This document shows positions 26,967-38,802 of a DNA stretch of 64,000 nucleotides, one piece after another. Numbering within the stretch: the first letter of the stretch is position 1; each line of letters begins with the position of its first letter. The DNA is from Seison nebaliae (Eukaryota), in the NCBI GenBank assembly GCA_023231475.1, contig JALJEE010002086.1, positions 1 to 64,000 on the forward strand. The letters run 5' to 3'. Both the position numbers and the translations under genes were made by a program. Below the pieces are notes generated by a model, which was given only the letters and a program-made list of their open reading frames with translations, did not search any database and was not told where the DNA came from.

Positions 26967-29900
26967 ATGAGAAATTATCGGAATAGAAGTTCGAATGGTA
27001 ATCAATCTAAAATGAAAAGTGTGCCTATTAATACGAAGAATCCACAAATGAATCGATCCACTTCTATCTCCATTCCCACCACAGGAATTAATCATCCTAA
27101 TTTGAATTCTCTCAAAACTTTACCAGATCAAATTCCATCCAATATTCTCGATATTCTATTAACGATGACGGGAGATAATGATCCAAAAATCAATACTAGT
27201 CCACAAATCCAACAAAACCAACAACAATTACAACAGAAAAAACAAACGTCGAATGTTCGATCAATTAATGAAAATCGTAAAATTAGTCAGGAAATAAATA
27301 ATAAACAGGAACAACAAAATAAAATGAATCGAATTGATAAAATGTCAAATCTCAATCGGAACAATAACAATAACAACAATGGGCCCAATTCAACGAACAA
27401 TCAATCAAATAGTAAATCAAATAATAATAATTCAAATAAGACATTGGAAGAAAATCAGATGCAATTATTTGAGATGTTACAGAAGGCGATAAATATGAAT
27501 CCGGAAGCATTGAATACATTTGTCAATCAGATGAATGATAATCCAATACCGATGGAACAAATTCAGAAGTTAATGGGAGAAATGAAGAATTGTCATTTCT
27601 CTGAATTACTTCCGGGAAAGGAGCCACAACAGACGACACCGAAGGTTAAACGTCAATTGACAAAACAATCTCAATCCATTCAACCACCATCATCTCAGAC
27701 TTCATCATCCGTTCCCACTACCGTTTGGCGTACAACTCCACAGACACCAAAGAATTATTCGATGAATAGTAGTCGAACGTCGAGTAATATGTCAACGCCG
27801 ACGAAACGGTCACTCACTCCACGGTCCATTACCACCACTTCGATACAAGATAATAGAAAAGTGAAGAAGAAGCAGAATGAAAATGAGAAGAAATCTCAAT
27901 CGGAAGAAAGTTTTATTTTACTTCTTTCCCATATTTTTCCCAATTTGAAATTGGTAGCTAATTCATTATATCTTCCTAACGAACTTCTTCAAGTTCTCTT
28001 AGACAATAAAGATTTGATGTTGACGGCGGGAGAGATATTAAAGCTCATGCAAAATGTCAAAGATCCTCAATTGCAGAGTTTAATGATGAATATGTTATCA
28101 ATTGCGGAAGTGTCCACTTCTCAACATGTAAGCCAGTTACAAGATACGACTACTACTGCCACCACCACCACCACCAAACAACAATCGACGACCAAATCGA
28201 ACCTAAAACGTCCAATTTCATCCATCGAGCAAACGAATAATAGTTCTTATGGGAAGTCGGCGCATATTTCCCATAAAGAAGTGGACACGTGTTCAAAGAA
28301 CAAAAATGTCTCTCTCTCTCATGGAAATTACAATGAAATCATTTCTAACAATGACAATTCAATGAAGAAACGCACAAAATTGGAGAAGAATATTCCAACC
28401 TCTCTAGATCACAGATCTACTACACATCTATCCAAAGTGTCTAATGCATCTACTAAATTTAATTATCATTCGAACAATATAACTGCCACGAGAACTTCCA
28501 CGTCCACAATTCTTACTAATACAACGAATAATAATATAACGAATAGTAAAATTATTGTAAAGGAGAAATCGAAAGAGAAATCGAAAGAAAAGAAATTTTT
28601 AAATTCATCCAATTCGATTTCATCCAATTCGAATATAAGAGAGAAATGTCCAATTGAAAAGAAAAATCAAGTTGAAAAGAATTCGAATAATTCACAAATT
28701 TCTAATTCTAACAATTCTCCTTCAGTTCCGCCTCGTCGTATTTCCATCGCTCAATATTTGGGACGAAATCCTAATAAACAAGAAGAAGTGAACGTAACAG
28801 CCCAGACTGCTCCGTCTCTCATCCATAAGAAGGTTGGGGAGGTAAAAAGATCTCACGATCAGGTTGGAGAGAAGACTCATAAAAAAGTCATTCCACCGAC
28901 AATGAAACCGTTCGAATTATACGAACATCTGAAGAAGTTGTTCGAAGGAATTCCTCCGTATCATGAGAAGGATATGGTGGATTTGATGAAGAAGATCGAT
29001 AAGAACGATTTGAGTACAATGAAGAGTAACGCAGAAATGGTACCATCATTAATTGTGGAACGATTGAAAGGAATTGTCGCTCCTTATAAATCAACCACTA
29101 CTCCTCCACAACCATCACGACAACCATCACGACAACCATCTCAAGTACCATTACGACAACCATCTCAAGTACCATCACGACAACCATCACAGACACTATC
29201 ACAGCAACCATCACAAGAACCATCACAAGAACCATCACGACAAGCATCACAGACACTATCGCAGCAACCATCACAGGTACCATCACGACAACCATCTAGA
29301 CAAATAGGTGTAGCGAAGACGATTCAGGTGAATGTTAGTACACCTGGTGATACAACATCGAATTGTGGAAGACGTTTAGTGGAAAGAAAAGTTCGAATTA
29401 TCGAACCACGACCACCTACTACAACTCTTCCGTCTATTAAGACGATTGGGGATGATGAAGAGAAGAAAAAAGGAATAAAATTAATTATTAATCCAAATCG
29501 ATTCCGAACTGAAGCTGAACAAATACCACGAACACATCGATTACCAAATATTCCAGAGGAACCGGAAATAAGCGATGATGATGAGGAAGTCTCATCAAGC
29601 GATGAAGATGAGTCTTCCGAAAACGAATATATCGAACCAGTAGTTTCACGAAATAATGGAATTCGTGTAGACTTTAATTTCGACCATCTTTTCAATCTCG
29701 ATACGGATAATGAATTGGTGGAATCGGGACGACAATTGTTGAAACACCTCGAGGATCACCAAAATTCCATTTCTCGAGGAATGTTTCAACAATCGTCTCC
29801 CGATATCCTGGAATTTCATGAAGAGGATCGCACCACTCCACCAATCAATCTCATTGTCAAATTGAAGAATAAATATGAAAAGATACCGATTGGAAAAACG

Positions 29901-31465
29901 GAATTGAAAGTGCCCAAATTGATTATTCGAAATCCACTCATTTCAAAGAATCGTACGAATGAAAAACAAGTCGTTTCCAGTCGAACAATCCCTCCAACCA
30001 AAACCGTCGAACAACGTCCTCGAGTAACATTGAAATTCACTGGTCCTCAACCCAACACAATTACAACCACCACATCAACCACATCGAGAGTGGAACGAAC
30101 AATCAAATCGAATGACCAACGAATTCGTTCACAACATCCTTCGAAAATTGAAACAGGTCGAAGTAATTTGAAGAGATCGAAAGAATCGGATGGTCCTCAA
30201 TCGAACAAAGTGGCAAAGCGAAATCCTCGAACTGATATGCGGTTACCATAAAATTCCTTATTCATATCTCTCCCATTATTGAATCGAATCGAAATTGATT
30301 CGGAAATAGAAATTCAATTGAAACTTTCCCATTTTTTTCGATTCGAATTCCAATTTCATTAAATTCCTTTTACCATTTCTATTCCATATGAGTCAAAGAT
30401 TTGATGAAATTGTTCTCATTCTCATCATCATCATCATCATCACCATCATCAATTTTTCTTCTTTAATTTCAACTCATTTTTCTTAATTTTCTTTTTCTTT
30501 CTTTTCATTTTTAACTATCTAGAAATCGGAAGAAGAAGAAGAAAGTTAATACGAAGAAGGAGAAGAAACCGGAACGAAAGAAACGACAACGTCTCCAATC
30601 TTCCTCCAGCAGTTCGTCTTCGTCATCCGGTGAATCGTCGTCTTCATCTTCTGGATCCAGTTCGTCTGGTTCCTCAAGTTCTTCCTCATCATCATCAGCT
30701 TCTGATGTTGTTCCTGTTCGTCCTCGTAAAACGAAAGTTGTTCCAAAGAAGAAACCGAAAGTACAACGTCAAACTAAATCAATTGCAAATCCTCCACATC
30801 ATTCACATATTCCTCATACAAATACTGTCAACACATCCACATCTACCAGTCGTTCATCAGCAGCGAATATTAACCGTGCAGCTCATAATCGAAAGAGTCC
30901 AGCCGTTCCAATGGAAACAAGAAAAGCGGCAAATACTCGAAATACCATGGCGGAAAATAGACGACGTAAACGTACTACTCAACCAAATACAACGACCAGT
31001 GTACCACCAGTGGAACGACCTCGTAAACCAGCACCAAAACGAAGACCTGTCAGAGTTTCGGTTCGAACAACAGGAATGAAACGACAACAAACGGAAGTTC
31101 CAATGGATGCCATTGCGAAAGATCATCAACCAACTGATAGTTTTGCAGGTTCCATTTTCAAATAATAATTTCAAATTTTATTTATTTCAATTTATTTCAA
31201 TTTATTTAAATTAATAGTTCGTAGTCCGGGTTCAATGAAGATTACTTACCTCAAATATTCTGATGTCGTTTGGAATTGTCCACTTTGTCTCCATCAACAA
31301 AAGAGATATGCTCCTGTCATCTCATGTGACACTTGTGACGAATGGTATCATTTCGATTGTGTCCAATTGTCTACCGCTCCCGAAGAGAATTGGTATTGTC
31401 CTCGATGTCGAAAGAAGCAGAAACAAAAATTGAAACAACAGAAAAAGAAAGCGACCGCCTCATAA
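16863..31465 (+). CDS. TAF3: Giant TAF3-like protein (~4,750 aa): N-terminal histone-fold-like region, huge low-complexity middle, C-terminal PHD finger
   Basis: Exons 16863-30241, 30523-31148 and 31218-31465 join in frame (14,253 nt) through GTTACC..TAG and GTTCCA..TAG introns. PHD WNCPLC..PVISCDTCDEWYHFDCV..APEENWYCPRC plus Lys-rich tail resembles TAF3. N-terminal FSHISEGAVAAIRE..DFLKNIF..DLKDVEFLF resembles a Bromo_TP histone fold. Confidence 0.65.
19260..19690 (+). repeat. Coding 24-nt (8-aa) acidic tandem repeat, (E/D)LEL(E/D)DGN-like, interrupted by ESEEEDEN units
   Basis: Recurrent GGAAATGAATTAGAATTAGA-type units in the giant exon. Confidence 0.7.
21870..22320 (+). repeat. Coding 39-nt (13-aa) tandem repeat NSNG(D/E/Q)NFSQIPxx, ~11 copies
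   Basis: Directly visible in translation: NSNGDNFSQIPMT, NSNEDNFSQIPMI, NSDEQDFSQIPMT and so on. Confidence 0.9.
29108..29300 (+). repeat. Coding 12-nt (4-aa) tandem repeat QPS(R/Q)
   Basis: CAACCATCACGA/CAACCATCTCAA units; translation QPSRQPSRQPSQVPLRQPSQ. Confidence 0.8.
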
Positions 31466-31758
31466 ATATATCGTGAAAGAAATGAATTCTTTTTTCTCTT
31501 TTTTATTTTAAAAATGACATTCTTTTTTTATACGAAATTTATTTCGTTTATCTCTCTTTTTTTTTTCCTTCAGTCTCATGAGATATTCTCATTTGATGAT
31601 ATGCTCAATCATCTTTAATCCGTTCTCATAATAATTATTCTCATAATGATATTTCTCTCCACCAATTTAAAAGTTTAGTAAAATTTTCGTTTTATAATTT
31701 AATAAGAAAATGTGATATGGAAAGAGAGAAGAATTCTATGCAGTTGGAAAAAATTAAT

Positions 31759-32474
31759 TTATTTGGAAATTTGTGGTAATCCAAATTCGTCGACGGCCAT
31801 TCCTCCGTCCGTTGTTGGTTTAACTGAAGCATTTATTGAACCGTCAGGTACTTTCGGCGTGTCTAATTGTGTCAAGAATGACATATCTTGTTCGTCGTCT
31901 CCCAAAAGATTTTCGTTGGCTAATGCAGCGAATTCCGCTTCTAATTCATCGTCGTCGATATCTGGTGTGGCGTAATCTCGTCCCATCACTTCTTGTACTT
32001 CATTCGCTTGTTCCATCAACTCTTGAATATCATCTTGCATGTCTTCGATCTTGTCCAAGTTCAATCCTTTATATCCTTTCTTCATTTCCTTCATTCCATA
32101 TTTCATCGCGTCCACCGTCGTCTTCGTATCCTTCACCGTTTGAATGGCGAAATTTTGTTGTTCGATATTGAACGACTGTTGCATGAGTTGATCTCTCTGA
32201 GATTCATACATCTTCTTCTGTCTCAGAATTCTCATCGCTTTCTGTTTGATACCATTCTTCGATGGTCCATTTGGCAATTTTTTCATTTGGTCTGAATATT
32301 TCATCAATTCCTTATCCAACATTGCTATCTTTTTCTCTACCGTTTCCGCACGACCATCGATCTAATTTGTCTCGATGAAAATAAAGAAACGGAAAGAAAA
32401 TTAACATTCGACACACAATTATTGAGGTCAGGAGCAGCGGTAGGAGCTTTTGGTTGTCCAAAAATTCGTTTCAT
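31759..32474 (-). CDS. CHMP5: Charged multivesicular body protein 5 (Vps60), ~223 aa, 2 exons
   Basis: MKRIFG start, intron 32362-32405 (44 nt), [34 protein letters not shown] and terminal VDEFGLP. Confidence 0.95.
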
Positions 32475-32678
32475 TCTTTATTGACCTTTTTCGGAATTTC
32501 CAAAAAAAAATTAGTAATTAATTTTTATGAAAATAAATAATGATGAGAAACTAGACAGCCAACATTTTTAATGATCTCCATTAAATTATTCTTTCGGATA
32601 ATAATCAAAGAAAAAAATCATTTTTTTTGAATCTCGTTTCCATGACGATGGTTTCTATTACGGAAAATAGATAGAGCT

Positions 32679-35600
32679 ATGTCTGATAGTGATGAAGAAT
32701 ATGCTGAGGTTCCATTAACTTTCCATCTCATCAATTCAATCATTTTCAGGCGTTTGATACCAACAAGAGAATGCCTCAGTTTATGCACAATATTTCCAAC
32801 AACCGGAAAATTTCGATGGAAAAAGTTTTCTCTATTTTTCGTTCACAGTCAATTTTATAATATCTCTTAATCTTTCTTTATTGTCAAGATGAAACGGACT
32901 GATCGCAGTTTATCTAAAGAACATTTAATCACCGAATCACAACAACGAGTTGATCGTAAAATTAGTGAGAATAGATCGAAACAATCGCAAAGAACGAAAA
33001 GAAAACCGAGTGGTTCTATTCAGAAAGAAGTTAATTATTTTTAGGAAATTACAATAAATTTGAAAAGATATTTCTCTCAGAAACGATCACGAGAATTTGA
33101 TAATGATGAAGTTGGAAGTAAGGCAGTTTCATCCTCTGTAGCTCAATCGAATGTTATCGAAAGTTCTTTTTCTTCTTTTGTGAAATTTGTGAAATCGGAA
33201 ATTTTTTGATTTGTAGGATTGAAAAAATTGAATCCCAATGCCAGTATTAGTAACATGTTATCGAAGAGATTAGAACAAAATAAAGTTAATTTTACACTTC
33301 TGTGAGATGTTGAGTTTCGTTGAAGAAAAGTCGAGAAAGTGAAACGAAATATTGGACACCGGGACGATTATCATTGGCAGTGAGACATACTGATGATTTC
33401 GGTGACACAACAGAAGTTTTCCATTTCTCTAAAAATTGAATCTGTAAATCCTTCAGGTTTCTTCGTCGAATCGAGAAGAAGTTCGAATTGAAGAAATGAT
33501 TAAAGAGAAGATGACGAAACGAGATGAGAAATGGAAAGAAGTCGAAGTGATGACGAACGCTCAAACAGTTAGTGAAGAAACGTTTTAGAATAATATTCAA
33601 ATTTTTTCCAGTTGGATTTCCCGTCATTAGAAGAAGCCGATAGTTTTTTCGCTACACCTGATTGGCCACAAGTTGACGGAGGTTTGGCGGACGAGATAAA
33701 TGACGATCAGAAGTCCGAATCATCCACCATAAAAGGTTAATTTTTTAAGAGGAAAATTGAATTCCATTTGAAAATTTCATGAAAGATAACGAAGATTTTT
33801 GGGATTTGACTGCATTCGTGAAAGCGTTCGATCCGCGACGAAACATCGTTGAAGAGTTGATCGAAGAAGAGACACGAGAAGGAGAGATTCGAAATCGGAA
33901 AAAGGTCCGACCAAAAATCAACAATAAATTACAACGAGTTTATGAGGACGATGAATTATTTTATCCAACTGATCAATTATCAGAAAAGTTGAAAGAAGAT
34001 GATTATATGTTGGTGAATGGAAGAGATGACGGTGTCTATCGAGGACATATTTATCAGACGAAATCGAAGAATATCCAATTGATGAAGAATCGATTACTGA
34101 CAAACGGCGAATATGATTTGGTTAGATTGGGAATTATTTTAGTATAAAAATTTTATTGTTTCTAGTCAAATTATCTTTGGTTAGGAGTGAGTGGTCCCAT
34201 TCTCAATTTGCCATATCCAGCTAAATTCTATCCGACAAGGAAATATGAGTTGAAGGAACAGATCACCACATTTCTGAAAGCTGTCACTCAGAAACACGAT
34301 CCTCGAGTGAAAGGATTAGATGTGGCATTGGAACCGGGTGACGTCACTTTTCGAACCCATCAAGGGAAATATCGTTTAGATATCGATATAAACTCAATTT
34401 CATTCAATTATCATTATCTCATGTCTCAGGAACATGTGTTGACAATGGAATTGAAACAATTGTATAATCTCTACATTAGTCGTCAACGACGACGAGAACT
34501 TCTTTTCTACGAACACAAAGTCTCTTTCAAATATTTTCCATCTTTTTTTCAACTTCTCCTTTTTAGTTCTTTTCGTTGAGAAAAGTTGAGAATCATCTTC
34601 ATCGTGTCATTGATCAATCGAGACATATGTCGCAGAATGAGATCAATCAACACATTCTCGAATATCGGAAAGAAATGAAGTTAACGACTGTGAGGGAAGA
34701 TTTTTTCGATTTATTGAATTTTTCAGATTGACATATGAGAAATATAAAGAGGAAAGAAAAGTTGAATGGCGAATCACAAAAGATTTGTTGCACGTTTGGA
34801 GTGAAATTAAGAGAATGCGTCATCATAGTGGTCAGACGAATACGATGTGTCAACTTAACATTAAATTGTTTCGACTCTTTCATTCTTCTTCTTATCAATG
34901 TTTGTTGGATGATTGATAGAATCGAAAGTGATTTGAAAACGGACCAATTGCAATTAAATTCAGAACTCGATTATGTCATCAGTGATGCGAATGAAACATA
35001 TCGGTTGACGATGGGTGATTATGAGGAGGAGAAACGATTGAAAAAATTACAAAAGTTACAAATAATTAAATTCTGAAAATAATTGTCTTTAGGGAACGAC
35101 AACGAAATGCAAAACGGAGAATTAATCGACGTAAAGAATTATTGGTATTCGATCAAGCAACGTTAGACGTGGCGGAACAGAAAGAAGTAGATGAATTGAA
35201 AGTTAATTTAAATTTGATTGAATGCGTCAAAATTGAATTATATCTTAATATTCGATATTCGATAGAACACTCAAGAAATTGATGATCAAATAATGAACGA
35301 AGTGATAATTGAAACACCAGATAAATTGGACAATCCCAACAATCACGAATTGGAAGAGAATGTGAGAAGATATTGGAAATTGAATTATCGTCCGATTGGT
35401 GAACCGGTTCTTGAGTTTACTCTCGACGACTCCAAAGAAGTAACTCCACCAGACGATTGTTCCCAGTTAGTATTTGAATGAGAAAGACAACAAATAAAAA
35501 ATTTTTATACAGAAGTGAACGATTTAGACGATCGTTAGTGAAACATCTGGGCATTCAAGCATTCGTCACATTCAATCAGAAAGAAGTAGAGAAGACAAAA

Positions 35601-38600
35601 GTGTTCAATGTTGACCCGAATTTCCAAGTGGATATTGGGAAAATTTATTCCATTCGAACCATCCAATGGCCGAAACAGATTAGTGTTATTCTGAAAGAAG
35701 TTCGGAAAAATAATATTCGGAAAATAGCTGAAGTTTTTTTTCTCTTGTAATGATGTAAATGATAAATAATTGTTTGAAGATTTCCCTTCCAGTACCAGAA
35801 GCAAATGAAACTTGTGCAACTATGAAAATAGCTGGATTTGAATTCGCCTCAGATATCACATTGGAAACGAGTGAAGTGAAACATCCAAGTTTTGCAGCAT
35901 GTGCTGGAACGCATACCACTCATAAGATATTGAATGAAGATCGAATTATTCATACGAACGGAATATTATGGAATCGAATCGGATGGGGACAAGACGGAGA
36001 AGGAAGAATACTCGAACCGCCATTCGTAACGAGTGATCGATATTTGAAGAACGAAGTTGATCGAACATTCCACAAGAAAGAATTCGAAAAGTTCTCATTC
36101 CTTTTTTTTTACGAAACGATATCATATCAATGATTAATAGGATGGATGGAGATAAATTGAGAGATATGTGGAAATGGATTGGTCGTTCGAATTTCGATCC
36201 TAATGAAGTGACTCATGCACAATTATTGCACGTCATAAAAGTTCTATTTATATTCTTCTTCAATTCATTCATCTTTTTAGATGTCGTTAAATGAGAATTA
36301 TGTAGATAATATAATTAATGGAGATGATGAATTTGATAGTGAGAGTATAGATGGAACTAATAAGAAGAATGAATCGAAAGATGTCGGATCGAAACATATT
36401 ATTCAGGAACTTTATGAGAAGAAGAAAGATAAAGATATGAATGATGATATTGTATTACCATACTTCCAATTTCATGAGAAGAATTATTACGAAGATTTAA
36501 TTGATCGAAAAATCATTTCATCAGATAAACGATTACGCCTACTCAATCTCCGATGGAAAGCAACGCCGGAATTCAAAGAAAAGAGACATGTACCCCCACT
36601 CTCCAGATATATTTCGAAAGAAGAATTTCTAGTTTTGTCTTTTATTCTAAAAATAGTTCTCCAAATTTCATTGTTGTAGAAATATCAACAACGAAAGATG
36701 AAGAAGAAAAACGCTCAAGAATCAGAGGATATTTCTCATAAAGCTTCCGTCGAGAATTATTTGATGGAAGTTCGTGATCGAATTATATCTCGATATCGAA
36801 CCGTTGACACTCAACAATATTATTCGGATGTTGTCATAGAAGAAACGATGCCAAATATCCGGTTAACTTTTCACATTTCTCATTCTCTTATAGGAATTGA
36901 GGGAATTTTAATAAATTTATTAAAGATTAGATATATTTGAGAGGTTGATAGGGAATACGGATGTAGCGAACGACTTCTCTTATCTGAAGCAGATGAAGAA
37001 GTCGGAGAAGAAGTCCATGTATATCACCGATAATTATAATAAATTCCATCAGCAGATGTCAGATGAAGCAGCAGAAAAGTTGAGAATTTCACGAGAAGCA
37101 GCTAAAACGAAAGTTGAAGTAGATGATGGGGAGATGTCGATGAGAAGTATTATATCAAACCAGAACAATAATAATTTCGCTCAATCAATGAAGGAATTGA
37201 CAATGAACTTTATTTCTAAACGATTGCCGATGTTTAATAGTAATTCTAATAATAATAATAATGAGTCATATGAGAGAAATGAATTCTTGAAGAAATTCAT
37301 GAAAATGACAGCGATCTTTGAGAAAGATCTCTTGGATGTCGGCGATCGTATGGTCCAAGATATAAAAATGAATTTTCTGAGTTGGCCAACTAAATATAAT
37401 TTTGATGCTCTTCAATCGTCACCTCTCATCGCTCGTCAACTAACATACTATTACTACATTAGGTAACTTTATTCCGTCAAATATTTTCATTTAACATTTC
37501 TTCTTATTCAATTAATTGCCTCTTTCTTTTTTCATTTTCAGTTCTCTTTTTATTATTATTATTATTATTATAAATTTCCCAAATTTAATTTATCGTTTTT
37601 TTTCTTGAATAATCTTCATTTTTTTTTCAATTTTCTTCATTTCTTTTTGAAATTTTTTAGTACTTTGGGTTTGAGGCTATGGGAATTGTATTGGAAACCG
37701 CACAGGAACCTGTTTCCTGTAAGGAAGGAAAGAAAACGACTACCCAACATAATGGGAAGTAATGGAGAAGAAAGGAAGATCCATCTCCTCATACATATAC
37801 AGAGAGCTTATGATATTCCCGTACGGAACCTGCAAACAGAAAACAGTAACCGCAAAACTGATATCGTTAACGTTAGTTGTTGAAATAAATCTGCTTCATT
37901 TCACGATAATAATTTCTGTTTTTAGCATACTGTAACTCCGATGGTTGAAGTAACGTTCCAACGTCAGACAGTGAGAACGAGGAGAGCTGAAGGACCGAAT
38001 CCCTGTTGGAATCAAGAAATACGAATTCCATTCAAGTTCCATTACTGGAATTTATTCACATTTAATCTAATTACATTTTCAGTGCACCAAACGGTGATTA
38101 TTCGCCGAGTGGCCTACAAAAATGTAATGATTACATCTATATAAATATATTTGATGAAGTGGAAAAGGATATTGTGGGTGATGAGAATGATCGACATTCA
38201 CGTATCGAAAAACAGATTTATCGACGTTATTTAGGTTGTGTTCGCTTGTCATTTGCAACTGTGTATGCCAATTCGAAAATTGACGGTGCATTTCACGTTG
38301 AAACACCTGCAGTTTTATTTGGTTATCGACGAGAACAAACGTTGTCACCATCAGCTAAAAACTTATTGATCGGCCACAAGTCAACGGGCAACACGATGAA
38401 TCAGGGCATGTTCGAAGGAGAAGAAGATGTAGAGAAGAATCTCCATAAGTCAAATAATGCCATCGATTCGATATTCCAAATGATCAATCCAAATTCTATC
38501 GATGCCACTTTCATTTCTTTATTTATGACAATCGAACCAGCATTATCTTCGCCTGAACCTCTCGTACAACTAATAACGACAAATGAGACTATGGAATTGG

Positions 38601-38770
38601 TGGAACAATCCGATAGTTTCCTACAAAAACTTCGCTCACAATTTCCCCATCGTCATTACAAGACATTCGTCATGGATTTGAATGGAAGCAACATCTTTCT
38701 TACACGATACTTTCGACCAATTCCACCTCCACCAAAATTATTAGAAGTTTTGGAAGAAACGAAGTTGAAG

Positions 38771-38802
<32 letters not shown>

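Noticed and set aside
17325..30040. Many antisense and alternate-frame ORFs (poly-Ser, poly-His, poly-Met) over the giant exon
   Set aside because: They are shadows of GAT/GAA/CAA codon runs, with no independent coding signal.
7872..32474. Two ESCRT-III genes (CHMP1, CHMP5) within 25 kb as a functional cluster
   Set aside because: Distant paralogues separated by unrelated genes; chance is adequate without synteny data.
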